The translations under genes and the position numbers were made by a program. This document shows, one piece after another, positions 25,520 through 33,932 of a stretch of 33,932 nt of DNA (its first letter is position 1; every line of letters begins with the position of its first letter). Origin of the DNA: Myxococcota bacterium (GTDB lineage: Bacteria; Myxococcota_A; UBA796; GCA-2862545); contig JBCCQY010000100.1 in the NCBI GenBank assembly GCA_039208735.1, forward strand, positions 1 through 33,932, given 5' to 3'. The notes under the pieces were generated by a model that made no database searches, was not told where the DNA came from, and saw only the letters and a list, made by a program, of their open reading frames with translations.

Positions 25520-27223
25520 ATGAGCGTGGAGTTGCCCGCCTGGGCGGACGAGCTTCGCAACCGATACCTGGCTGGCGAAGCCAGCATGTTCATGTTGCAC
25601 GGCAACGTGCGCGACCTCGTGGCCTGGCGCGAGGAGGGCAAGGTCGAATGGGTCGATCTGCGGACGTTCCTTGAGCGATTCCTCGCCCGAACCCGTGACG
25701 TGATTGCGTACTACAACGTGAGCCAGGGCCTCCAATTCAGTGAGGCGTCCCATCGCCATTTGTTTCGCAGCATCGTGGATGCAAGGCGACAGGCGCGGGG
25801 AGAGGAGCGGCTGACCCGGCTGCCCACCGCGGCGACCGACACGATTCCTGTGATCGAGGACCTCGTCTCAGATCCGGCTCACAGCTCGGCCGTCATCGTC
25901 GATTACTTCGAAATGATCGCGCCCAACGCCGACGTCGCGTTTATGGTCCACGAAGACAAGGCCAACCTGGTGTCGTTGCAGCGTTGGTCCTCCGACCCGG
26001 CGTTCATGCAGACCGACAACTTGGTCATCTTGGTCTGCGAACACCTGTCTGACGTGTCGCGACGCATCACTTCGAGCACCCAACTCGCGACGATCCACCT
26101 CACCTTCCCTGAGGTAGAAGTCCGCACCGAGTTCATTGCGGATCAAGATTTGTCCGAGGTGCAGCTTGAGATGGAGCCGGAAGTCCTCGCGAAGATGACC
26201 GCCGGCCTTTCGTTGGTGCAAATCCGCAACATCCTTCGTGCCGCCGCCCTCACCAAAGAACCGATCACCTTTGGCGAGGTCTCGCTTCGGAAGAAGGCGA
26301 TCATCGAACAAGAGTGCCACGGGCTCGTCGAGTTCATCCCGCCTCGCCACGACTTTTCGCACGTCGGCGGGATGGAACGAATCAAGCGCGATCTCAACAA
26401 AATCGCGGACGCAGTGAAGGCGGGCAACCGTACACGCGTGCCCATGGGCATGATCTTCGTGGGTCCGATGGGCACCGGGAAGACGTTCGTGGCCGAGTCG
26501 TTCGCGACGGAGTCCGGACTCACCTGCCTCAAACTCAAGAACTTCCGCGACAAGTGGGTAGGCTCGACCGAGGCCAACCTCGAGAAGGTGCTCGATCTGG
26601 TGGAAGCGCTCGGGTACGTGCTGCTCGTGCTCGATGAGGCAGATCGCGGACTTTCGGCCGATCAAGGCTCCGACGGCGGCGTGAATTCACGGGTGATTGC
26701 CCGCCTCAAGGAGTTCATGTCCGACACGTCGCACCGAGGCCGGGTCGTCATGCTGATGATGACCAACCGTCCCGACAAGCTCGACACCGATCTCAAGCGA
26801 CCGGGTCGCTTCGACATGAAGATCCCGTTCTTCTTCCCCGAAACCGGTGACGAACGACAGCTGATTTTCGAAGCCCTGTTGCGGAAGAACAAGCTGAAGA
26901 TTGCGGATGGCATCGATTACGAGGTGGCCATCGAAGAAACGGAAGGGTTCTCGGGGGCCGAGATCGAAGCGGTGCTGCTGGCTGCGGCTTCAAACGCAGG
27001 CGACGACGAAACGGACGTGATTCAGCAGAAGCACCTCGATCAGGCCGCCCGCGACATCATTCCCAGCCGCGACACCCGCATGCTCGAGTACATGGAGATG
27101 CTCGCGGTGTTCGAGTGCTCGGCCAAGCGCATGCTCCCCGACCGCTTCCAGGAGCTGTCGACCGAGGATGTGCAGTCCAACCTCGACGAGCTTCGGGGTC
27201 AGCTTGGCCGTCGCGCGATGTAG
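25520..27223 (+). CDS. AAA+ ATPase (degenerate N-terminal module plus active C-terminal classical AAA domain)
   Basis: [11 protein letters not shown], Walker A GPMGTGKT, pore loop KWVG, Walker [45 protein letters not shown]. Confidence 0.93.
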   Translation: MSVELPAWADELRNRYLAGEASMFMLHGNVRDLVAWREEGKVEWVDLRTFLERFLARTRDVIAYYNVSQGLQFSEASHRHLFRSIVDARRQARGEERLTRLPTAATDTIPVIEDLVSDPAHSSAVIVDYFEMIAPNADVAFMVHEDKANLVSLQRWSSDPAFMQTDNLVILVCEHLSDVSRRITSSTQLATIHLTFPEVEVRTEFIADQDLSEVQLEMEPEVLAKMTAGLSLVQIRNILRAAALTKEPITFGEVSLRKKAIIEQECHGLVEFIPPRHDFSHVGGMERIKRDLNKIADAVKAGNRTRVPMGMIFVGPMGTGKTFVAESFATESGLTCLKLKNFRDKWVGSTEANLEKVLDLVEALGYVLLVLDEADRGLSADQGSDGGVNSRVIARLKEFMSDTSHRGRVVMLMMTNRPDKLDTDLKRPGRFDMKIPFFFPETGDERQLIFEALLRKNKLKIADGIDYEVAIEETEGFSGAEIEAVLLAAASNAGDDETDVIQQKHLDQAARDIIPSRDTRMLEYMEMLAVFECSAKRMLPDRFQELSTEDVQSNLDELRGQLGRRAM

Positions 27224-27225
27224 GG

Positions 27226-28377
27226 CTACCGACTGCCCTGGACGAGCAGGTACCCCGCAGCCGCGATGCGCACCGTGGGGTCATCGTCCAGGAGTAGCGC
27301 CTGCACGACCGGGGTGACGTCAAGCCCCAGGGCGGCCGCGCTCTCCACGGCTTGCCGACGCACTCCGGGGTCGGCATCGGTGAGCGCTTCGGTCACGATG
27401 GGCGTCGCAAGCGCACCCCGTTTGTCATCGACGAGCGGCTGGGGGCGCCAAGGCAAGGCCATGGCCCCAGGAACCACGTGTCGAACGACCAGCGTGCGCA
27501 GCTCAGGGTCGTCGGACGCCATCGCTTTGCGAAGCCTCGCGGCCCGGGTATCCCCTCGATCCACACCAATGATCTCGACATACGACGTGACGATCTCGGG
27601 CCCTTTGGCAGCCGCTGCATCGAGCAGGCGCGAGGCGGGTTCGGTGGGCACATGTTGCAGCAGGTCGATCGCCTCAAGACGCGCCTCGATCTCTCCGTTT
27701 CGAAGCACGACTTCGAAGGCCTGGGCGGCTTCGTCATCTCCCGCCAGGAGGCGCGCCGCCGCGATGGCGAGCTGCAATTCGGGTTCCGCTTGTCGCTGCG
27801 CCTCGGCCAAGGCGACAGCGAGGGCTGCATCGCCCCGATCGCCCAGCGCCAGCATGAGTTCGAGGTTCCAGTCCAACAGCCCACTGCGCAAAGCGGCTTC
27901 CACCACCTCGCGAGCCTGCGCATCGCCACTCGCCCAAGCCCCCAACGCCAAGGGCAACCGACGCCACGGTTGGGGCTCTGTCGCGTAATCCGAAAGCGCT
28001 ACGGCAAAGGAAGGATCAGGCGCAAGCAGTGCCGCGAGGCACCGGACCCAGGGGTCGATGTCGTCGCGAGCGGCCATGGCCTGACGACGCGCGGTCGCGG
28101 CGGCATCTGCACGTCGGCCCAACGCCACCACTTCCGCCCGCTGCACCCAGGCCGACGGATCATCTGGCCGACCTTCGGCGCCCGCCCGCACGAGCCATTC
28201 CACAGCCCGCGCCCTAAGCCCCGGTCGCTCGTGGTCGGCAAACGCCTCCAGGATTTCGCGCGGCTCGCCAGAGGCCGCAACCTTCGACTCGTCCACCGCA
28301 TCGACCGGAGCGGCTTCCGGCGCGACGGTCTTGGCGCAGCCCATCAAGAGGACCGCAACGAGGCCCGCGCGGCTCAA
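27226..28377 (-). CDS. HEAT-repeat lipoprotein
   Basis: Lipobox LMGC; repeats such as LTDADPGVRRQAVESA and LLDDDPTVRIAAAGYL. TTG start overlaps the upstream stop (TTGA). Confidence 0.8.
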   Translation of the reverse strand: MSRAGLVAVLLMGCAKTVAPEAAPVDAVDESKVAASGEPREILEAFADHERPGLRARAVEWLVRAGAEGRPDDPSAWVQRAEVVALGRRADAAATARRQAMAARDDIDPWVRCLAALLAPDPSFAVALSDYATEPQPWRRLPLALGAWASGDAQAREVVEAALRSGLLDWNLELMLALGDRGDAALAVALAEAQRQAEPELQLAIAAARLLAGDDEAAQAFEVVLRNGEIEARLEAIDLLQHVPTEPASRLLDAAAAKGPEIVTSYVEIIGVDRGDTRAARLRKAMASDDPELRTLVVRHVVPGAMALPWRPQPLVDDKRGALATPIVTEALTDADPGVRRQAVESAAALGLDVTPVVQALLLDDDPTVRIAAAGYLLVQGSR

Positions 28378-29996
28378 TAGCGTTCGAGGTGAGCGCGAGC
28401 GGAAGGCAACTGCGCGTGTTCTCGGGCCAGCGTCTTGAACTCGCGTTTTGCCGCCCCTTTCTCACCCCGGGCTTCGAGCAGGACGGCCTCGGCCCACTGC
28501 TCTTGGGTCTGCGCAGCCAACGCCTGCTGTGCCTCGAGCCAACTGTCGATCACCTGCTGACGTAGCTCGGGGGTCTTGGCCTCGCGCAGGAGGTCTTCGA
28601 GCATGAGCGCCGCTTCATCGAGTGAGCCGAGCTTGATTTTCTCGTTAGCGTCACGGGCCTTCTGCTGGCGCTTCACCATCTCTTCCGGAGGCTGCCAGCC
28701 CATGGCTTCGATGACCACGGGATCATCGTTGAACTTCTGCTTAAGTCGGAACTCACCCTTGCGGCGGGTTGCAGCTGACTTCGATTTTGTCCAGCCAAGG
28801 TACTTTTTGCGCAGCTCAACGCTTCGGGCCTTGAGTTCCTCGCGACGCGTAAAGTCCTCGCGCAACGTCTCGAGCACCAACGCTTCCCCGGCCGCATACG
28901 CGAACTTGCCCACCCCCGGACGCCCCGGATCGACGTTGAGCACGCGCCAGAAGGCCTGCAGGGCCTGCTTGTGATCGCGCTCCTTCATCTTCTCACGGCC
29001 TTCCTTGAACAAGGCCGGAATGGACACCTTCTGCAAATTGGGCGGTAGATCGAGGCGCCAACGTGGTGGCGTGGCCTCGAAGTCCGCCTCCGTGGACGGG
29101 TTCATGTAGGCGTAGACCATGAAGCTCCCGACGAGCACCACCGTCATGAACATGAGGAACACGGTGCTGCCCGCAAACAGCAGAGCGGCCACTCGCCCAA
29201 AGTTTACGCCGCCCCCGCTTTCGGCCGGACGTCGACTGCCCACCGCGGTGGGGCGCACGTTCGACAGCCCAACCGGCGCGTCGGCCCAGTCCCTCGGCAG
29301 CCGCGACGATGGCGCAGCAGACATGGAGGGCATGGGCGGCGGACTGGCGGCCATCGTGGATTGGTCGGACCGAATGAATCGCATTTCGGTGTTGCCGATA
29401 CGAATCACGTCGTTGTCGGCCAGCGTGCATTCACGAACCCGCACGCCATTGACGAAGATACCGTTGGCACTTCCCATGTCGCGGAGCATGTAGTCATTGC
29501 CCTGCTGCGACAGCTGGCAGTGGTGGCGGGAAGCCGCGGGATCTGGAATCACCACATCGCGATCTTCGCTGCGTCCGATCGAAAGTCCGCGGCTCGTCAC
29601 GGGGTACGAAGACCCAGCCATTCCGGTTCCGACGACCACTTCGAGACGAGCGCCCGCGTTGGCCCCCGCACCGTCCCCTCCCGGTCGCGCTCGCTCCTGC
29701 CCGCGAATCCGAAATTGCAGGACGAACGGGTCGATCACGATCTCGTCGTTGTCGGAAACGGGTTGGGATTGGACACGGTAGCCGTTGTAGTAGGTGCCGT
29801 TGCCACTACCGAGATCTTCGACGGTGACTTCGCCGCGGCTCACGTAGACCTGCGCGTGCCGACGGGACACACCCACGTCCGAGAGCACCACCTCGTTGTC
29901 CTCGGCGCGCCCAATCCGCGTGGCACCCTCGTGGAGGCGCACGATGCGGTCTGCTTGGCCCGGCTGCTTGATGACCAGCTCGACGGACTCGATCAC
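28374..29996 (-). CDS. Bitopic membrane protein: two FHA domains, TM helix, TPR-like/helical extracytoplasmic region
   Basis: FHA1 IGR...VSRRHA...DLGSGNGT; FHA2 IGR...ASRHHC...DMGSANGI; TM VAALLFAGSTVFLMFMTVVLVGSFMVYAYM; ALQAFWRVLNVDP TPR-like helix. Confidence 0.9.
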   Translation of the reverse strand: MIESVELVIKQPGQADRIVRLHEGATRIGRAEDNEVVLSDVGVSRRHAQVYVSRGEVTVEDLGSGNGTYYNGYRVQSQPVSDNDEIVIDPFVLQFRIRGQERARPGGDGAGANAGARLEVVVGTGMAGSSYPVTSRGLSIGRSEDRDVVIPDPAASRHHCQLSQQGNDYMLRDMGSANGIFVNGVRVRECTLADNDVIRIGNTEMRFIRSDQSTMAASPPPMPSMSAAPSSRLPRDWADAPVGLSNVRPTAVGSRRPAESGGGVNFGRVAALLFAGSTVFLMFMTVVLVGSFMVYAYMNPSTEADFEATPPRWRLDLPPNLQKVSIPALFKEGREKMKERDHKQALQAFWRVLNVDPGRPGVGKFAYAAGEALVLETLREDFTRREELKARSVELRKKYLGWTKSKSAATRRKGEFRLKQKFNDDPVVIEAMGWQPPEEMVKRQQKARDANEKIKLGSLDEAALMLEDLLREAKTPELRQQVIDSWLEAQQALAAQTQEQWAEAVLLEARGEKGAAKREFKTLAREHAQLPSARAHLERY

Positions 29997-30017
29997 GTGT
30001 GCCTCACCCCAATCTTC

Positions 30018-30404
30018 CTACGAGAACGGCCAGAACCATCGTCGGCGACGCGTGTCGCCATCTGCGCGTTGTGTATCTCGCTCGGGTTCCGTGGACTCTA
30101 GATCGTCTTCCCATTTGAGTTCGAAGGTGTGCTGGGCAATCGTGATCACGTCGCCGACCTTGAGCGCCTTGTGACCTGTCACCCGCTTGCCATTGACGAA
30201 CACGCCGTTTCGGGAGCCGGCATCTTGCAGCCACAACGACCCGTTGTCATAGAGGAGTCGAGCGTGGTAGCGCGAGACCCCGTCGTCGGGCAGAACGACC
30301 CGATTTTCGTCGGCCCGTCCAATGCCCAGACCCCCTTCGGGCACCCGTACCGCCTGGCCTACAAGCGCACCAGACGTACAAACGAGTACCGGGACGTCCG
30401 CCAT
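30018..30404 (-). CDS. Small single-FHA-domain protein
   Basis: IGRADEN...VSRYHA...DAGSRNGVFVNG...LKVGDVI; RBS GGAGG before ATG 30404. Confidence 0.9.
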   Translation of the reverse strand: MADVPVLVCTSGALVGQAVRVPEGGLGIGRADENRVVLPDDGVSRYHARLLYDNGSLWLQDAGSRNGVFVNGKRVTGHKALKVGDVITIAQHTFELKWEDDLESTEPERDTQRADGDTRRRRWFWPFS

Positions 30405-30426
30405 CGAGCTGCCTCCGGTGGCCATC

Positions 30427-31248
30427 CTATCTTCCGTGCGTCGAGGGGTCAGCTTGGGGATCCGGCACGAACCCCGTCCACGCCTCAAAGGCGAGCGCCG
30501 CCTGCCACCACAACATCCCCATGCCATCGACCACGTGGCAACCTGCGGCCCGAGCTCGAGTCGAGGATGGAGGCTCGGGGCTTCGGTAATCGAGATCGCA
30601 CCACACCGCGCCCGACGCACACCGTGAGGGGTCAAGCTCATCAAGGGACCCGGGCCGGCCCGCGGTGGCCACGACAACCAAGTCCGCATCCGCCAGCGAG
30701 TCCGACGACCAGGCCGCAGGCTCGATCGTCGCATCGGCAAAGCGGGGTCGCAATTCCTCAACCAGCGTGTGGGCTCGGGAGGGCGTGCGATTGACAAGCC
30801 GCAGTTCTCGAACCCCTGCTCCCAGCACCGCACCGGCAATCGCTCGGCCCGCTCCCCCGGTGCCCACGATCACGGTCTTCCGACCCGCGATGGCCATTCC
30901 TCGATGACGAAGATCCGCGAGCCATCCGGGCGCATCCGTGTTCCGGCCCACCAGACGGTCGCCCTCCCAAACCAGCGTGTTCACCGCACCGAGGGCCCGG
31001 GCCGTCGGGCCCAATCCATCGAGCTGGGCGATGATGTGCGTCTTGTGGGGCACGGTGACGTTGGCCCCCGCGAGCCCGAGGGTCCTAACCGCGTCGATGA
31101 GCCCCTCGCCGGGCGCCGGAACGTCAAACGTCACGTACACTGCATCGATCCCAAAGTGCTGGAACCAAGCGTTGTGGAGCTGCGGAGAGTGACTGGCCTT
31201 CACCGGGTGCCCCAGCAAGCCGTAGACCGCGGTACTTCCACGAATCAC
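30427..31248 (-). CDS. aroE: Shikimate dehydrogenase
   Basis: GHPVKASHSP, GANVTVPHK, GAVNT, NTD, GTGGAGRA, NRT, DGMGML..QAA. GTG start overlaps the ribF stop. Confidence 0.94.
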   Translation of the reverse strand: MIRGSTAVYGLLGHPVKASHSPQLHNAWFQHFGIDAVYVTFDVPAPGEGLIDAVRTLGLAGANVTVPHKTHIIAQLDGLGPTARALGAVNTLVWEGDRLVGRNTDAPGWLADLRHRGMAIAGRKTVIVGTGGAGRAIAGAVLGAGVRELRLVNRTPSRAHTLVEELRPRFADATIEPAAWSSDSLADADLVVVATAGRPGSLDELDPSRCASGAVWCDLDYRSPEPPSSTRARAAGCHVVDGMGMLWWQAALAFEAWTGFVPDPQADPSTHGR

Positions 31249-32153
31249 AACCGGTCCCGGGCCGCCTGAGCATCTTGGGCGATCTGAGCCTTCAGCGCAT
31301 CGAGGTCGGCGAAGGCCTTTTCGCCACGCAGGAAGTCGACGAACTCGATCGTGAGGACTTCCCCGTAAAGGTCGCCGGAAAAGTCCAGCAGGTGAACCTC
31401 GAGCACGACGTGATGAGGGCCGTCCACCGTAGGGCGCGTTCCAAGGTTCGCAACCGCAGGATGGCGCTGGCCTCGATGCTGCGCCCACGTGGCATATACG
31501 CCTTGGGCGGGAAGCAATCCTTCCACCTCACGCACGTTCGCCGTGGGAAACCCAAGCGTGCGTCCGCGTTGGTCGCCAGCGATGACCGTCCCCCTGACCG
31601 CGTGCAGCCGCCCGAGGCACGCCGCAGCTGGCACCACATGCCCTTCAACGAGGGCCCGGCGGATTCGCGAGGAGCTGATCGGCGCTCCGTCGAGTTCGAT
31701 GGCACCTTGGTGTTCGAGAGGAACAGAAAGACAAGCTTGCAGCGTCTCGATCGACCCTTGGCGAGACTTCCCAAATCGAAAGTCATGCCCCAGGGCCAAC
31801 CCACGCACCCCGATGCGCTGCAGCAAGATTTGCTCGGCAAACTGCTCGGCACTGAACGCCGCTAACGCCTTGGTGAACGGCTCGACGATCACGAGGTCTA
31901 CGCCCGTCATCTCCAACGACTCGAGGCGCTGGGCCAGCGACTGGATGCGGGGTGCGGCCTTTTCGGGACGCAACACCTGCTGGGGCGCAGGATCGAAGGT
32001 CAACACCCCCGAAGGTGCCCCCAGCCGTTCGGCCATCGCTTGGGTGCGCTCAATAAGGGCGCGGTGCCCTAAGTGCACGCCGTCGAAGTTGCCGATGGTG
32101 ACCACGGCCCCTGGCGGATGCGACAGGGTCTCGCTTCCGTGGATCACTCGCAC
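31245..32153 (-). CDS. ribF: Bifunctional riboflavin kinase / FAD synthetase
   Basis: IGNFDGVHLGH, GHDFRFG, ISSSRIR, RGRTLGFPTAN, GTRPT, LEVHLLDFSGDLYG; RBS GGAGGT before GTG 32153. Confidence 0.96.
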   Translation of the reverse strand: MRVIHGSETLSHPPGAVVTIGNFDGVHLGHRALIERTQAMAERLGAPSGVLTFDPAPQQVLRPEKAAPRIQSLAQRLESLEMTGVDLVIVEPFTKALAAFSAEQFAEQILLQRIGVRGLALGHDFRFGKSRQGSIETLQACLSVPLEHQGAIELDGAPISSSRIRRALVEGHVVPAAACLGRLHAVRGTVIAGDQRGRTLGFPTANVREVEGLLPAQGVYATWAQHRGQRHPAVANLGTRPTVDGPHHVVLEVHLLDFSGDLYGEVLTIEFVDFLRGEKAFADLDALKAQIAQDAQAARDRL

Positions 32154-32190
32154 GCCGACCTCCACCCGATTCGCGGGAGGCTGTAACCGC

Positions 32191-32619
32191 CTACGGCGTG
32201 CCGAACGCGAACGTGGGAAGCTCGAAGGTACCGCTGTCGTCGATCTGCCGCGGCGGCGGCGGAGGCAGCACGATGTTCGCCATTGCGCTCCGGGCGCAAT
32301 CGTCAACCGCACGATCGCCCGAAGAACGGCTGATCAGAACCTCTTTGGTGTTGCCCTTGGGATCGACACGCGCTTCGACGAGCGCCGGGTCTTCGGCGGT
32401 GACCCCTTCCTTGTCCACACAGGCTCGGAACGCCGGCATCACCACCGTCCGAACCTCTTGAACGTACGCCACAGCCTCATTGCGCCCGATGGACAACCCT
32501 TCTCCGTCGTCGGATTCCGCGGGGGTTTCCAGCACCGCACGGGGTCCGGCACGGACCGCCGGCGGCGGCGGGGCCACGGTTCCCGTCTTCGAACAGGCGA
32601 GCCACAACCACGCCATCAT
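32191..32619 (-). CDS. TonB/TolA C-terminal-domain lipoprotein
   Basis: MMAWLWLAC lipobox, Pro-rich linker, then V...VDPKG...ISRSSGDRAVDDCARSAM...LPPPP (TonB_2-like). Confidence 0.75.
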   Translation of the reverse strand: MMAWLWLACSKTGTVAPPPPAVRAGPRAVLETPAESDDGEGLSIGRNEAVAYVQEVRTVVMPAFRACVDKEGVTAEDPALVEARVDPKGNTKEVLISRSSGDRAVDDCARSAMANIVLPPPPPRQIDDSGTFELPTFAFGTP

Positions 32620-33929
32620 CCGGCCACCGCCAAGAAAATCGCAAAGCCTAGGGCGATGACGCCACCGCCAAACACCACGACCGCCAATCCCAAGAAGAAC
32701 CAGACCGCCATCGGCCACCCGCTCGCTTCGTCCGAAGGCGTCAAGCGAGGGGTTTCACCGGTCATGATCGTCTTGGCCCGTGGGTCGACCTTGCGCGGCC
32801 GCGAGGCCAAGGGAACAGGCCGCGAATCCACTCGAGGGGCCGCCGTCGGCCCCAGTTCCGGCAGAGGCGGCGGGGCTAATTCTGGTGGAAGTGTAGGCTC
32901 TTTCGATAATCTCGGGATGGGCTCACTCGGGTACAGCGTCGACGCGGCGGAACGCCGGACCTCTCCCGAAGGGGGCTTCGGACGGTCGGGAACGTGTTCG
33001 TAGAGCACCGAATCCGAAAAGTCGTGGTCCTCTTCGACGTCCCGCTCCGGGATCCGGGAAATGGCCCCTTCAGCCCACTCGGACAACCACGGGTCCTGGA
33101 CTTGCGAACGAATGTTTCGAGCCTCACGTTCCACTTCGCGTGCCGTTGGCCGCTGGTCGGGCTCCCACGCCACCATCGCCTTGGCCAGCTCGATGGCGGC
33201 GGCCGGCGCACGCTCACTCGCTCGTTCTTCGAGCTTCGCAATCCTTCGATCGTGTTGCTTGCGCCGCAGTTCCCCGGCATCGACATGGTGGGCCGCGAGG
33301 AGTTCGAGAAACACACAGCCAAGCGAAAAGATGTCGCCAGCGGGGCTTTCGATGGCTTCGAGTCGTTCCGGGGCGACGTAGCCTGGCGAGCCGTAGGCGA
33401 CGTCGATCGTCTGAGCTTCGCGTTGCTGAAAGTTCCCCCTCGCTCCACCAAAGTCGACGATCTTGACCTCTCCATGAGGCGTGACGAGGATGTTGCTCGG
33501 CTTCAGATCCCGATGGAGGATCTTTAGGGGTTCTCCCTCGGGGGTGGCCGCCGTCCACGCGACATGCAGCGCGCTCGCAACCTCGGCCACCACCTCAAGC
33601 GCAGGACCGACCGGAACCGCCTCGTCCATCAACCAAAACAGATCCGATCCCTGGACGTACTCCATCACGACCGCCCAGCGATTGTCGAGCATCACAAGCC
33701 CATCGACCTGCACGATGGCGCGGTGTCGCACCAGGCCGAGCATGCGTGCTTCATCCCGGAGCCGCTTCGCGAGGTCTTGATTGTCTTGGGTGTCGCGATT
33801 GAGAACCTTGATGGCGACCTGGCGAGAAAAGCCGCCGGATGCCGTCAGTTCGGCCCGATAGACCGTCCCAAAACCGCCGCGCCCGACGACATCGAGAATT
33901 CGATATTGACGGTAGCTCGCCGAGCTCAT
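32616..33929 (-). CDS. Hanks-type Ser/Thr protein kinase with C-terminal TM helix
   Basis: GRGGFGTVY, VAIK, HRDLKPSN, DFG, GSPGYVAPE, DIFSLG; Pro-rich linker; terminal hydrophobic helix. Confidence 0.95.
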   Translation of the reverse strand: MSSASYRQYRILDVVGRGGFGTVYRAELTASGGFSRQVAIKVLNRDTQDNQDLAKRLRDEARMLGLVRHRAIVQVDGLVMLDNRWAVVMEYVQGSDLFWLMDEAVPVGPALEVVAEVASALHVAWTAATPEGEPLKILHRDLKPSNILVTPHGEVKIVDFGGARGNFQQREAQTIDVAYGSPGYVAPERLEAIESPAGDIFSLGCVFLELLAAHHVDAGELRRKQHDRRIAKLEERASERAPAAAIELAKAMVAWEPDQRPTAREVEREARNIRSQVQDPWLSEWAEGAISRIPERDVEEDHDFSDSVLYEHVPDRPKPPSGEVRRSAASTLYPSEPIPRLSKEPTLPPELAPPPLPELGPTAAPRVDSRPVPLASRPRKVDPRAKTIMTGETPRLTPSDEASGWPMAVWFFLGLAVVVFGGGVIALGFAIFLAVAG

Positions 33930-33932
33930 GAC

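Noticed and set aside
25520..27223. AAA ATPase as FtsH, or as part of an anti-phage defence system
   Set aside because: No TM segments or HExxH protease domain, and no adjacent nuclease, protease or other effector gene recognised.
31489..33003. 504-aa plus-strand ORF
   Set aside because: Antisense to ribF, the TonB-C gene and the kinase, which carry clear motifs.

Overview
High-GC, very compact bacterial chromosomal segment with about 33 CDS. Myxococcota-like origin is inferred from the Ser/Thr kinase, four FHA domains, and many acidic or Cys-rich lipoproteins. The window opens inside an insertion sequence: the C-terminal tail of a TnpB nuclease (2-178, absent from the ORF track) is followed by a hairpin-rich right-end/omegaRNA region (~150-321). 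Housekeeping genes are dksA, miaB, nadE, rnz, an HU, rsmI, aroE and ribF. They are interleaved with three other groups. (i) A cluster of highly acidic surface lipoproteins (Asp-X dipeptide, TSP3-like, MopE-like/Gly-rich and beta-helix repeats) around a GT-C-type glycosyltransferase. (ii) An uncharacterised protein made of four ~90-aa repeats (Y-x3-FAG-x2-R-x-[ST]RD), downstream of a ChaN-like gene and divergent from a AAA+ ATPase. (iii) A minus-strand run of kinase - TonB-C lipoprotein - ribF - aroE - FHA - FHA/FHA/TM/TPR - HEAT lipoprotein. No rRNA, tRNA or CRISPR array was seen. Start codons were refined by eye from RBS and motif evidence; all family calls come from motif recognition, not database searches.
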